DNA of 63,052 nt, filler included, from Folioceros fuciformis (lineage: Eukaryota), in assembly GCA_049999805.1 (NCBI GenBank). It is 25 parts of 25 records of this genome, joined end to end, with 100 filler letters (N's around TTAATTAATTAA, not from the genome) between each part and the next. Parts side by side here need not be neighbours in the genome. Positions count along the whole stretch, not along the records: positions 1 to 2,295 come from JBNGIO010000322.1; positions 2,396 to 5,572 come from JBNGIO010000323.1; positions 5,673 to 7,873 come from JBNGIO010000324.1; positions 7,974 to 9,957 come from JBNGIO010000325.1; positions 10,058 to 11,327 come from JBNGIO010000326.1; 20 more parts are not named here. One strand, 5' to 3'. The notes under the pieces are model-generated. The model had not been told where the DNA came from and did not search any database. It saw only the letters and a list, made by a program, of their open reading frames with translations. Positions 1 to 11,427 of the stretch are shown here, in pieces (within the stretch, counting starts at the first letter, position 1; the number at the start of each line of letters is the position of its first letter). Position numbers and translations under genes: made by a program.

Positions 1-593
1 TCCTCCACGTTCCCCTAGTGACAAGGGAAATCAGGACCTTGGTTTAGTCTCCACCAGCTCAGCGCCCTAAGCCAGGAGTTCTGCACCCAAGGTCCAGGGA
101 AATCGCACCGTAGACAGCCCCCTCCTCAATGGCAGGTCTAGCCTCTTATACTACCTTGGTCCAAACCTCCATCTCTATCTATTAGGGTTAGCCTCAGTCA
201 ACCACCCAGCAATCTCTCTCTGATCTAAGCTGCCCCTAATTCTGACCTAAACCTAACTCTAACCTAACCCTAACTTTGACCCAAACCTAGTTCTGACCTA
301 ATAGGGGTTGTGTCCCATGGACACCACTGGGTGCCCTTACCAAAATTGACCAACCTCTCAAGACTACCAAAATGGTCAGTGCCTCTCAACACTCTCCCTC
401 CTCTCTCAAATCATTCCATCTCTTCTCTCAGATCATTCCAGCAACCCTTCAAAGATGCGTCTCGCCTCACCATTAATCTAGCTACTAATCTAACCTAATC
501 TTTTAACCATTTCACCACAGGGTTCACTTAGAGATTCCCAAAAAGAGAAATCCTACCATTTTCCAAGGACCTATTCAGCATGTGGAGTCCACA
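1..593 (-). repeat. LTR family B terminus (reads TGTGGACTCCACA... on minus strand), inserted in a copia element
   Basis: 316-593 is near-identical to 5673-5950; both end in ...TGTGGAGTCCACA and abut copia coding sequence. Confidence 0.7.
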
Positions 594-2248
594 GAGTGTA
601 TCGACATCATCGATATCTGCTTATGTTGGTGGAGCACCATCTGAAGCCGGATAGTGCATGGGGAACTGCTGATCGTCCTTAACTTCAAGTTCAGGAGTTT
701 TATTCTGAATGAATTCAGTTGAGAGAATATTCTCAACCGTAGGGTCTGACCTAGGAGACAACAGTTCCTTGAAAGTGGCACTTCTGGACAATGTTATCTT
801 TGCTGTCATTGGATCAAATAGCTTGTATGCCTTTGACTCTTCTGAATAACCAAGAAAGATGAGAGACTTAGATCTGTCATCTAACTTTCTACGTTTGGGT
901 TCAGGTATATAGGCAAAAGCAGGTGAGCCGAAGACCTTCAGATGTAACAGACATGGCTTTCGTTCCCAAAGGGCTTCATAAAGTGTTCTACCAGGAAGAG
1001 CTGAAGTGACTACTCTATTACGAATGTGGGCAGCACTCACGATAGCCTCTGCCCAATATGACTTAGGTAGAGCTGACCATGATAGCATGCTTCTAACCAT
1101 TCCCATTAGGGTTTGGTTTTTCCTTTCTGCAACATCGTTTTGCTGTTGGGTGTATGGAACAAAGAGCTGACGGATAATGCCAAATTGTGTGAACAGGTCA
1201 TCAAACTGATGTCCAATGAACTCCCCGCTATTATCTGTTCGAAAGCACTTGACAAGATGGCTAGTCTGCCTTTGAACCATAACAATCCAATTAGAGATGG
1301 TCTCAAAAACCTGACTCTTCAGTTTTAAAGGAAAGGTCCATGTGTATCTGGAGAAGTCGTCAGTCAAAGTAAGGTAGTATTCTACTCCTCCCAATGATTT
1401 GACTGGTAGCTTCCCAGCAATATCTGCATGTATCAATTCCAACACAGCCTTGGCTCAATTTGCAATTTTATTCTTGAAGGGAAGCTCCTTTTGCTTTGAC
1501 AGTATGCATGAGGTACATGCTAATAGATGTTTGAAGCACAAAGGAAGCTTCTCTCTGTAACAACTGGAGTTAGCCATCAAGTCAAGCTTAGCACGATTAA
1601 TATGACCAAGACGTGCATGCCAGAGATTGGCATGTGTAAGAATTGCAGCTAGCAAGGCTTTGACCTTTGACTTTGGAATCGTAACTAGCTGATACAAATC
1701 ATCAACAAGTACAGCCTTAGCAATGTGTCCTTCAGGTTCTGCAAGTAAGTAAATGAAACATTTTTCATCTTCAAACCTGAAGCCATACTTTCTGCTTTGA
1801 GCTACTACTCGTATTGACAATAGATTTTTGCTCATGTCAGGAACAAAGAGTACATCATCCAGAATAAAAAAGGAGCCACCTAACAGAGGTATGTTAACTG
1901 TGCCAGACCCTTTGACATGAACACCTCTAGAGTCCCCAACAAAGACTGACTGTGGTGTGTTTTGGAGGTGAAAGGTTGAGAAAAAGGTTGCGGTTATGGC
2001 AGACATGGGCAGTTGCACCCGAGTTAACAAACCAGCGAGTTGAGTTCTCTCTTATGGAAGTCAGACAAATAGTAAGTACTGTACTGCTGCTTCGTTTATG
2101 AGAGCTGTTGGATCCAGCAGATGGTTTTTGTTCCTTGGAGCTAATATGTGCCTCCTGCTTGGACTCCCTCTTAGGCTCACCAACCTTCTTTTTACGACAA
2201 TCTCGTTCCCAGTGGCCTTGATTCTGGCACTAGTTACAAGGACCAAGT
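594..2248 (-). mobile_element. Ty1/copia gag end-protease-GAG_pre-integrase-integrase, frameshifted
   Basis: LWHARLGH; HADIAG...DDFSRY...RTDNSGEF...QNDVAERKN...WAEA; CCHC knuckle remnant near 2200. Confidence 0.92.
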
Positions 2249-2295
2249 TGTGAACCTCCAAAGTTTGGGGTAGTGGTTTGTTTTGGTTGAAAAAG
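2249..2295 (+). repeat. LTR family A 5' terminus (TGTGAACCTCCAAAGTTTGGGG)
   Basis: Same terminus found 8 times in the window, always running into a contig break. Confidence 0.8.
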
Positions 2296-2395
2296 NNNNN
2301 NNNNNNNNNNNNNNNNNNNNNNNNNNNNNNNNNNNNNNNTTAATTAATTAANNNNNNNNNNNNNNNNNNNNNNNNNNNNNNNNNNNNNNNNNNNN
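2296..2395. other. Artificial contig spacer N44-TTAATTAATTAA-N44 (first of 24; others start at 5573, 7874, 9958, 11328, 14118, 15546, 17915, 21720, 23539, 28347, 30689, 31988, 33270, 35273, 36564, 40332, 42540, 44962, 47169, 55002, 57277, 58598, 60541)
   Basis: Identical 100-bp structure with a six-frame stop linker. Confidence 0.98.
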
Positions 2396-2810
2396 CATGA
2401 TTGTTCTCAACCAAGAAGGAGAGACGTGAAGCCATAAAACCCTCCAAGGCCTTGCCTAAGCAATTAAGAAGAGCAATAGGGTGATATGAGCGGGGTAACG
2501 AATAATTAGCCTGATTGAGTTTGCGGAGAATGATGGTGAGCGAGTGACGCCACGTCAAGGATGATAACCCAAAGTGGAGCAGGCCTAGAAGATATATACG
2601 TAAAATTATTTGAGGAGGTCCCAACCCCTCTGAAGAAAACCTGCAGCAATAGTGTCCGGGCCTGCTGCTTTCCAGGCCTTCGCACCAAAGAGAGCCTGCT
2701 GCACCTCGTGCAAAGCAGGGGTGGGCCATGGGAAAAGGGAAGCAGCGGACGGGGGAAGAGGAGGGGTGTCTGAAGAAGAGGGGAATAAAGCAGAACGGAG
2801 GACAACACAC
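2396..2810 (-). mobile_element. Non-LTR retrotransposon (LINE) reverse transcriptase N-terminal fragment, frameshifted
   Basis: EVQQAL...KAAGPDTI...W...TIILRK..QANYSLPRSYHPIALLNCLGKALE..MASRLS (RT domains 0-2). Confidence 0.85.
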
Positions 2811-2829
2811 TTGGCAGCATGAGAGCATG

Positions 2830-3040
2830 TCATTTGATACCACAAGAATGGAAAGGAATATGCCATCGAGACTGTAAAGAAATAATTGTCATTAGATACC
2901 ACAAGAATAGAAGGGTATATACCATTCCATACCTTAAAAGATATGTATCATTAGATACCATATAAAGGGATATATACCATCATGTCACAAGAAGGGCATA
3001 TACCATATGATACGTAGAAGGGATGTATACCATCCTATAT
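2830..3040. repeat. Degenerate short direct repeats (GATACCACAAGAA...GGG.TATACCAT)
   Basis: About 5 imperfect copies visible. Confidence 0.55.
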
Positions 3041-4972
3041 CACAGAAAAAAAAAGCATTAAAAAATGGGAGAGAATTTTCGGTTTGTTATGCTATATGGT
3101 AGTTGCAATGGCCGACGCTCGCAACCGGGCACATATTTGTGTTTATAGCTCACCTTCTTAGGAAGCAAGGAGGCAGGTAGAAATGGCTGCTAAGATCGTG
3201 GATATCATCAACTTGGCCACAACAACCGCGGCCTACCATAAAGCGGTTGGCCGGGTGTTTCAGTTGGCCATGGTGTAGAAAGAGGAGACACAAATCCAAA
3301 GGGGATGTCGCTTACGTTGGCAGGGACATCTAGGCCCATGGTCAGGACGTTACGGAAACAAGGGAGATATGAAATGGAGTCACATGACAACTTTGTCAGG
3401 ATCACCACAATTGGAAACTGGCACACCAGCATCACAGTCACACAAGATGCAGGTGGGCTCAAATTTCTCTCGACGATCACAATGGTACCACGAGAATGGC
3501 GTGACGTGTGCCTTCAAACCCATGTTGGCTGCCTTTTTGCTGCCCGCGCTGTTTGCGAATGATGTCTTCTGTGGAAGGATACGAGCTCTTTAGGTTATCT
3601 TTGCCTACCACCCAACAAACCGGATGTTTTCAGTACAGTTGCCAGAGGCTGAGATCATTGTACAGCACCATTTGCCGTTCCCTGATCCCGGTCTGACACT
3701 GGCATTCAACTGCAGTCACGCAAACTCCCGTTCGAACCATCCTCGAAGCTTGCCTCCTTGCCGCAAGCGAAAGCGTAACGGTGCCGTTTTGAAATGGATT
3801 CACACGTCCCGTTACAGCGAGAGATGACGGATGAGTGAACCCTGAAGCACGCAGGGTTCGGCCACCAATGACTGTCCAGCCAGCCCTTCCCAGAACGGGA
3901 CCGGCAACTTCCTCGGGATGAGCACAAAGGGTCCAAGAGTCAACTGGAGATTTGTTTTCCCAGCTAGCGAAAATGCAGCAAGCAGTTGGACTGTGGACCC
4001 TTTGTCGCACATGACAGCCAATTGCTGAAATCCCACATCCAGATCATTCCAGTCTGTTGCTCTGGACTCAGGGCAACCGAACGAGGTACGAACTGGTGGA
4101 AGGGAAGGGTAGAAGCAGGTGTTGACTTCCTAAACCGTTCTGGTTTCGGACTTGGGCGGTGTCTCTCATGCTCACAGACTGGGGACCTCTGCACCGAATG
4201 TCGCTCTCCTCCCCAAGTCCGTACCCTTTAGCTAAGCTCCTTGGGGTCACAGCGAAGACATCTGGAAAAAGCACCAGGGTGTCATCTTCCTGCTGGATGT
4301 CTGTGAGGTGAGGTGAAGTCAGCCTGACTGCATGTACAGCAAGCCATCGAGTGCAGGACCCAGCATTGCAGAGCATGACAGACCCCGGTTCCAGACAGAG
4401 TGCGAGCGAAAATGGACAGGAGGAAGTGCGCCAAGAGGCCTACCCTTGTTCCACAGTTAGCCCACGCGTCGGACAACATCAACCTACACAATGTGCACAA
4501 ATACAACCAGGCGCTATGTACTAAAACGAATCCCAGGCAAAGCTAGTCATGACAAGAGTCTGCAGAAAACCAGGAAGCTTTGCCAGCTTAACAAAAAAAA
4601 CTAACTGAGATTCTCCCGCCCGTACATGGAAATCTGGGAGAAGCCAGCACCTGCCAGATAAAATTCCCAGATGAGGCTCCAGAAGTTTTAGCAGGCAGGT
4701 CCTCACGGTCCCCGCAACACCCCTGCATACCAGACAATGGCTCTCCAGTGTACCCTGATATGCCACAGGTGTTGCTTGCACCGTCTTGCTCAATCAAACA
4801 AATAGCCCCCTGCTGCTGTCATCCACATGAACAAATTCGGTTGATGCCACACCCATCATGCTTGGAAAAGGGCGCCAACCTCCTACTTCCAGGCAGGCCA
4901 TCCGTCCAGTCAGGGACAAGGATCATAGGAGTCTGCTCCGCCGAGAAAACAACCAAGGGAAAAACTAAAATC

Positions 4973-5530
4973 CTACACATGGGAGAATGAGTTTTGCAGA
5001 GGGCGCCTAGCCAGAGGAATGAGCTCCGACAGGGGAGTAGAGATGGGAGTAGTCTGGGGTGTCGGCAGGGGAGAGGTCCGGCACATCGGACAGGACGCAT
5101 GAAGCCTGAGCCAGGCATCGATACAAGTGGCGTGAAACACATGCCGGCACTCTGGTAGCATTCGCAGCACCTCCGACTCCTTGTAGTCAGACAAACAGAT
5201 GGAGCAGGAAGGGTCCTGAGGATGAGGCAGCGACTGGCGACTGGAGTAGATGATCTTCGGATACGTCTCCAGCGTTGCCTGGTCCAGTCCACTTACGGAC
5301 CAACTAATGTTGCTTTCATCCAAAACCCGCTGTGAGACGACAGCGGTGACGCCATGCCCGCTGTTCACTTGCCCTCTGCCGTGCACCCGCACGCATACAT
5401 ACGACGCCAACATGATGGTCGACACCAGCACCAGAATCCCTACCGCAATTGCAATGCCGTAGGCCAACCCTACTTTACTCATGTTGTTCACCACCGACGA
5501 GGCCGCCTGGTTGGTCACATTGCTACTCAT
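4973..5530 (-). CDS. RING-H2 finger E3 ubiquitin ligase, ATL family (ATL67-71-like), single exon
   Basis: TM segment GLAYGIAIAVGILVLVSTIMLASY, GLD motif, CSICL...CRHVFHATCIDAWL...CPMCR, C-terminal TPLSELIPL. Confidence 0.93.
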   Translation of the reverse strand: MSSNVTNQAASSVVNNMSKVGLAYGIAIAVGILVLVSTIMLASYVCVRVHGRGQVNSGHGVTAVVSQRVLDESNISWSVSGLDQATLETYPKIIYSSRQSLPHPQDPSCSICLSDYKESEVLRMLPECRHVFHATCIDAWLRLHASCPMCRTSPLPTPQTTPISTPLSELIPLARRPLQNSFSHV

Positions 5531-5672
5531 CCTGCCTGCCTGATTGCCTACACCACCTCACCACTTCCGTTTNNNNNNNNNNNNNNNNNNNNNNNNNNNN
5601 NNNNNNNNNNNNNNNNTTAATTAATTAANNNNNNNNNNNNNNNNNNNNNNNNNNNNNNNNNNNNNNNNNNNN

Positions 5673-5950
5673 CATGGACACCACTGGGTGCCCTTACCAA
5701 AATTGACCAACCTCTCAAGACTACCAAAATGGTCAGTGCCTCTCAACCCTCTCCCTCCTCTCTCAAATCATTCCATCCCTTCTCTCATATCATTCCAGCA
5801 ACCCTTCAAAGACACATCTCACCTCACCATTAATCTAGCTACTAATCTAACCTAATCTTTTAACCATTTCACCACAGAGTTCACTTAGAGATTCCCAAAA
5901 AGAGAAATCCTACCATTTTCCAAGGACCTATTCAGGATGTGGAGTCCACA
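5673..5950 (-). repeat. LTR family B terminus, inserted in copia integrase
   Basis: Matches 316-593; interrupts FQKFVTLV. Confidence 0.7.
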
Positions 5951-7563
5951 ACAAGGGTGACGAACTTTTGAAACACTGTTAGAACATCATCTTTTTTCTT
6001 CAAAGAATAAACCCACACCTTGCGTGAGAAGTCATCAATGAAAGTGACAAAATAGGATGCACCGCCTAACGATACAGTGGGCATAGGTCCACAAACGTCA
6101 CTGTGAACCAACTCAAGAGGTTTACTTTTGTGTTTACCTCTTGCTCCATGTGGTGACTTCGTTTGTTTCCCATACAAACAGTGCTCACACACGGAGAAAT
6201 CGGAGAAGTCAAAAGCCGGGATGTAACCAAAACGAGATAGTATCTTCATTCCTTTTTGAGACATATGTCCTAAGGGACAATGCCACAAGGAAACACTAGG
6301 CTATTCCGTTACACCAATCACATGATCCTTGACAGTGGTTACCTGAAGTGATTACAAAGTGCCACACTTCAATCCACGAACTAACAAAAGAGAACCTTTG
6401 GAGATCTTTTAAGAGCGATCTCCAAACCAACAATGGTAGCCAGCGTCATCCAACTGCCTTACGTCAACTTCAGAACATGCCTAACATCCTTCACTACGAA
6501 TGAAGATCCATTGTCGAACTTCAGCTCCACATCACCAACCCCTGCAATCATGTATGCGTAGTTATTTCCAAGCCGAACACATCCTTTCCTAGTAGCATCA
6601 TAACTGCTAAACGACTCCCTATGTGGAGTGACATGGAAAGATGCTCTAGAGTCAATTATCCTATTAGAGAATAAGTGACTCTCCATGGCTGTCAGTTGTG
6701 CAGAATCGAAGGAAGAAGAGATAAGAATATCTCCATCGTCAACAGAATTCACCTCGTCAGGCTTGATACTTGAGCTTGCCTTTTTGTCTCTCTGCTTCTT
6801 CTCCTTTCCTTTGTCCTTCTTGAACTTCTCGCATTCCCGTCTGATGTGACCCTTTTTGTGACAATGGTAACACTCAACATTGTTACGACTACGAGACTTA
6901 CTACAGGAATGACTTCGCTCCTTGTACTTCTCCTTTGAAGTGGACCTTCCTCTGACCATGAGGGCATTAGAACCTTTCAAGGGTTCCATATTCTTCCTGT
7001 TCACCTCTTCTGTAAATAGGCTACCTTCTACATTTACAATGGTAAGACCACTGGCAGGAGCGAAATTACTTAGAGTTGTATGAAAGGTGTCCCAGCTCTC
7101 TGGTAATGTGACCAACAGAAACATAGCTCACGAAATATGGGAATGAGATACCTTGAAATGAGAGTTGGCTGAAAATGGTATTGAACTCATTTAGATGATC
7201 GTACATCCTCGTCCCTTCCTTTATCTTCAAGTCCACCAGGTGTTTCAACCAATACACCTGAGAAGCCGCACTTTGCTTCTCGTACAGGTCACATAACTTC
7301 TGCCATAGCTCGTAACTTGTGGTCTTGTCTTTCACGTTGAAGTAGACCGACTTCGACAATGTTAACATGATGGTAGACCTAGCAAGCTCATCTAGGTCCT
7401 GCCACTCATCATGAGTCATGCTAACAGTTTTCACTCCTAGCAACTTGATGGGCTTGATCTGCTTCTTCTGTACTAGAACATTATACACTGGTTTGTTCCA
7501 GAATGGGAAGTTAGTACCATCTAACTTCTCGATATTGAACATGACGTTTTCTGAGGACGTCAT
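5951..7563 (-). mobile_element. Ty1/copia (Tnt1-like) gag-protease-integrase, degenerate
   Basis: IEKLDGTNFPFW gag start, CYHCHKKGHIRREC, IIDSRASFH, LVHSDVCGP...IDDFSRK; same family as 45495-47168. Confidence 0.92.
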
Positions 7564-7973
7564 GATTCAAAATCGATGCAAATCAACCAAAGGCTAGTTT
7601 GAAACTGTCGGAATGTAATGTAGATTTTGTTACCCTCGTTCCAATTTGCCTGTCCACAATTTAGGCCCACACGTCGGGCCTAAATCCTCCAATTGAGATC
7701 TGCTTCCGCCTCGCGCTCGGGATCGTTTTGGCACCCGTGCCCTTGCTCTCGGCGTTGGCGCCCCAGCGATTGCGATCTGGCAACCGTGACGTCACTCTTG
7801 CTCGGCGTCAGGGTCCTCACACGTCGACCTGGTCTGAGCCTGCCAACCGGGTCAACGCCCACCGGCTAGGCGGNNNNNNNNNNNNNNNNNNNNNNNNNNN
7901 NNNNNNNNNNNNNNNNNTTAATTAATTAANNNNNNNNNNNNNNNNNNNNNNNNNNNNNNNNNNNNNNNNNNNN

Positions 7974-9957
7974 TACATCGGTCCACCTACCTGCATCTGC
8001 ATAGGCATTGGCCATGAGAATGTAGGCAGGTGCCTTCTGGGGGTCCAGCCTAACAATGCTTTCAAAACACCACACAGCCCTCTCTAGATCTCCGTGACTT
8101 TTGCAGGCATTCAACAAAGATGTCAAACACACCAGCTCACTTTCGCCCTCACATGATGATAGCATCCTCTCTGCCTCATCTAATTGGCCAGCACGCCCAA
8201 GAAGATCAATCATGCAGGTGTGGTGCTCAACAGTAGGTGTGACACCATGCTGTTCAGCCATGGAATCAAAGAGCTTGCGACCCTCCTGGACCAGACCCCC
8301 ATGACTGCATGCTACTAGAAGGCAAGTGAAAGTAGCATCGTCAGGCTGAACACCGGCAGCTAACATCTCCTCAAAACAAGCTAGCGCCTTGCGACCTTCA
8401 TCACAAGCACCATACCCAGCAATCAGGGCTGTCCATGTAACGACATCCTTAGTGGCCATGCTGTCAAAAACCTGGCGTGCATCTTCCACCTCACCACATT
8501 TTGCATACATGTCCACCAGGCAGTTTCCCACGACTATGTCATCCAGCAGTTCCCTCTCGACAATCTGTGAGTGCAGCTTCCTCCCCTTCTGCAAGGCACC
8601 AGTGCTTCCACACGCCTTCAGAATGCAAGCAAAAGTAACATCATCAGCCAAAACAAGGCCTTCGTCTTCCATCTGTCCATACACAACAATCGCCTCTTGG
8701 CCGAGTCCTTGCTGTGCATACCCAGCAATCAGGGCCGTCCATGTCACCACATCCTTCGAGGCCATGCTGTCAAAAACCTGGCGAGCATATTCCAGCTGAC
8801 CACATTTTGCATACATGTCCACCAGGCAGTTTCCCACCACTACATCATCCAGCAGACCCCTGTGGACAATCTGTGAGTGAAGCTCCCTGCCCTTCTGCAA
8901 GGCACCAGTGGTTGCGCACGCCTTCACAAGGGAGGCAAAGGTAACCCGGTCAGCCACCACGAGGCCTGCTTCCTCCATTTGGCCATGCACTACAAGTGCC
9001 TCTTGGCCGAGTCCTTGCTGTGCATACCCAGCGATCAGGGCATTCCATGTCACCACATCTTTCATGGCCATGCTGTCAAAAACCTTGCGTCCATCTTGCA
9101 CGTCACCACATTTTGCATACATGTCCACCAGGCAGGTTCCCACCAGTACATCATCCAGCACACCTCTGTGGACAATCTGTGAGTGAAGCTCCCTGCCCTT
9201 CTGTAAGGCACCAGTGCTCCCACACGCCTTCAGAAGGCAGGCAAAAGTAACCCGGTCAGCCACCACGAGGCTCGCCTCCTCCATTTGTCCATACACAACA
9301 AGTGCCTCTTCGCCGAGTCCTTGCTGTGCATACCCAGCAATCAGGGCATTCCATGTCACCACATCTTTAGTGGCCATGCTGTCAAAAACCTGGCGTGCAT
9401 CTTCCACCAAACCACACTTTGCATACATGTCCACCAGGCAGGTTCCCACAACTACATTATCCAGCAGTTCTCTTTCGACAATCAGTGAGTGCAGCTTCCT
9501 GCCCTTCTGCAAGGCACCAGTGCTTGCACACGCCTTCAGAATGCAAGCAAAAGTAACATCATCAGCCAAAACGAGGCCTGCCTCCTCCATCTGTCCATAC
9601 ACAACAAGGGCCTCTTGGCCGAGTCCCTGCTGTGCATACCCAGCAATCAGGGCATTCCATGTCACCACATCCTTCGAGGCCATCCTATCAAACACCTGGC
9701 GTGCATTTTCCACCTCACCACATTTTGCATACATGTGCACCAGGCAGGTTCCCACCACTACATTATCCAGCAGTTCTCTTTCGACAATCTGTGAGTGAAG
9801 CTCCCTGCCCTTCTGCAAGGCACCAGTGCTTGCACACGCCTTCAGAAGGCACGAAAAAGTAACCTGGTCAGCCACAACGAGGCCGGCCTCCTCCATTTGC
9901 GCATAGACAACAAGTGCCTCTTGGCCGAGTCCTTGCTGTGCATACCCAGCGATCAGG
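7974..9957 (-). CDS. PLS-class pentatricopeptide repeat protein with E domains (organellar RNA-editing factor type); truncated at both ends by contig breaks
   Basis: Repeating P-L-S triplets (VVTWNALIAGY/VTFACILKAC/LVDMYAKCG), then CSHGGLV...CMIDLLGRAG...LLNACKSHGD...YILMANAYADAGRW; open frame. Confidence 0.95.
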
Positions 9958-10057
9958 NNNNNNNNNNNNNNNNNNNNNNNNNNNNNNNNNNNNNNNNNNN
10001 NTTAATTAATTAANNNNNNNNNNNNNNNNNNNNNNNNNNNNNNNNNNNNNNNNNNNN

Positions 10058-10104
10058 CTTTTTCAACCAAAACAAACTACTACCCCAAACTTTGGAGGTT
10101 CACA
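10058..10104 (-). repeat. LTR family A 5' terminus
   Basis: ...CCCCAAACTTTGGAGGTTCACA. Confidence 0.8.
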
Positions 10105-10696
10105 ACAACTTGTTCTTATTTTTCACCTACAGCTCTGGAGGCAGCAGCACCCGGTGGATCAAGATTGGAGCCCTTACCTAGTCGCCGGCCTGCTTGCTAG
10201 ATTCCATGCCTCCACAGTTTTTTTCCTCTCATCGCCGATGCACAGATCACACTCTTGTTTGCAGGCTACCTCTGGATGCTTTGACCTCGGCAACAGTCCC
10301 GGTGAGGCGCCAGCGGGGGAGGGACCAATCAAGGCCGCACGCTCTTAACAGCGCGGGTAGCGCGCCTGTACCAGCGCCCGCTTAGGCCCGTTCTGTGATA
10401 GCACGGGCGCCTTCCCTTCCTGTCCATCTCACGAGTGCCGCGAGCGCCTCGACGCCACCAATCCATCGCTATCGACGCCCCTCGACGGTTGCATCTGGCC
10501 ATGCCAACTGACCAGCAGCCAGCGACGCGTGGCGGGGCACCAAGATCCCGTTTTGGGATTGATCGATCGCGACTGGTTGCCTGTTTTTTTGACATGGCGC
10601 GCCCATGGCCATTTCCGCAATCTGTACCACTCGTCAGTCATCGCAGTGTTATCTGATTTTTTGTTTTCCTCTCTTATTTAAGTACGTTAAGTTTAC

Positions 10697-10840
10697 GAGG
10701 GGGTGTTAAAATAAGGATAAACATTAACTACCTGGTTTAGTCATTTTTGGTTAAATAGTTATTAGTGAAATGTCACTGCCATTTGTATTTAAACAAACTA
10801 TTGTTTGCATTTAATTAATTCATATATTATAATAGTTCCT
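10697..10840 (+). mobile_element. Putative polypurine tract and start of a copia-type 3' LTR (right boundary uncertain)
   Basis: GAGGGGG immediately followed by TGTTAAAATAAGG and an AT-rich tract. Confidence 0.5.
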
Positions 10841-11427
10841 CAGCTAGCTTCCGCACAAGCCAACTTTGTGAGAAGCCAGCAACGGCAATGGGTGGCGTGC
10901 AACCGGGTGGTGGGCAGGATCGATCAGGCAACAGGGCGGCTGGGGAAGCCGGGCAGTGACTGGCTGCAGGAACCAAGCAGCCAAGCACACTACCTTGCTA
11001 GATCCGGAAGGCAAGAGGCCGGTGTGTGGCCTCGATGCAGGCGGCCTGGCGCCGAAGGCTGACTGCGTGGGAGGAAGGGCTCCAGATGGCTGGGGCCGGA
11101 TTTGGTCGGCCAGGGGATTAGAGGGGAGCACTGGCCTCCAGGTGACCGGTGCTCCAAGCAAGCGGGTGCCAGGATCACTCTAGCAGACAGGCTGGTTGGT
11201 GGAGAATCTAAGCCTGGCCGGATTGCTGGGGCTGAGTGGGCCGGGGTGGCAGAATCCAGGCAACCATGCCAGTGGAATCCAAGTAGGAATGAGGGGCTCG
11301 GGCAGCCATGCGGGTGGTCGGATTGTGNNNNNNNNNNNNNNNNNNNNNNNNNNNNNNNNNNNNNNNNNNNNTTAATTAATTAANNNNNNNNNNNNNNNNN
11401 NNNNNNNNNNNNNNNNNNNNNNNNNNN

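Noticed and set aside
2340..2351. Recurrent palindrome TTAATTAATTAA and ORFs ending XXXLIN
   Set aside because: Artificial scaffold linker; it also invalidates any gene-neighbourhood argument across contigs
3100..4950. Short ORFs downstream of the ATL gene, checked for a WAK-like neighbour
   Set aside because: No recognisable motif or consistent frame; left unannotated
8101..9862. Many repeated plus-strand ORFs
   Set aside because: Antisense shadows of the PPR repeats
10840..11327. GC-rich overlapping ORFs
   Set aside because: No homology signal; typical of GC-rich TE non-coding sequence
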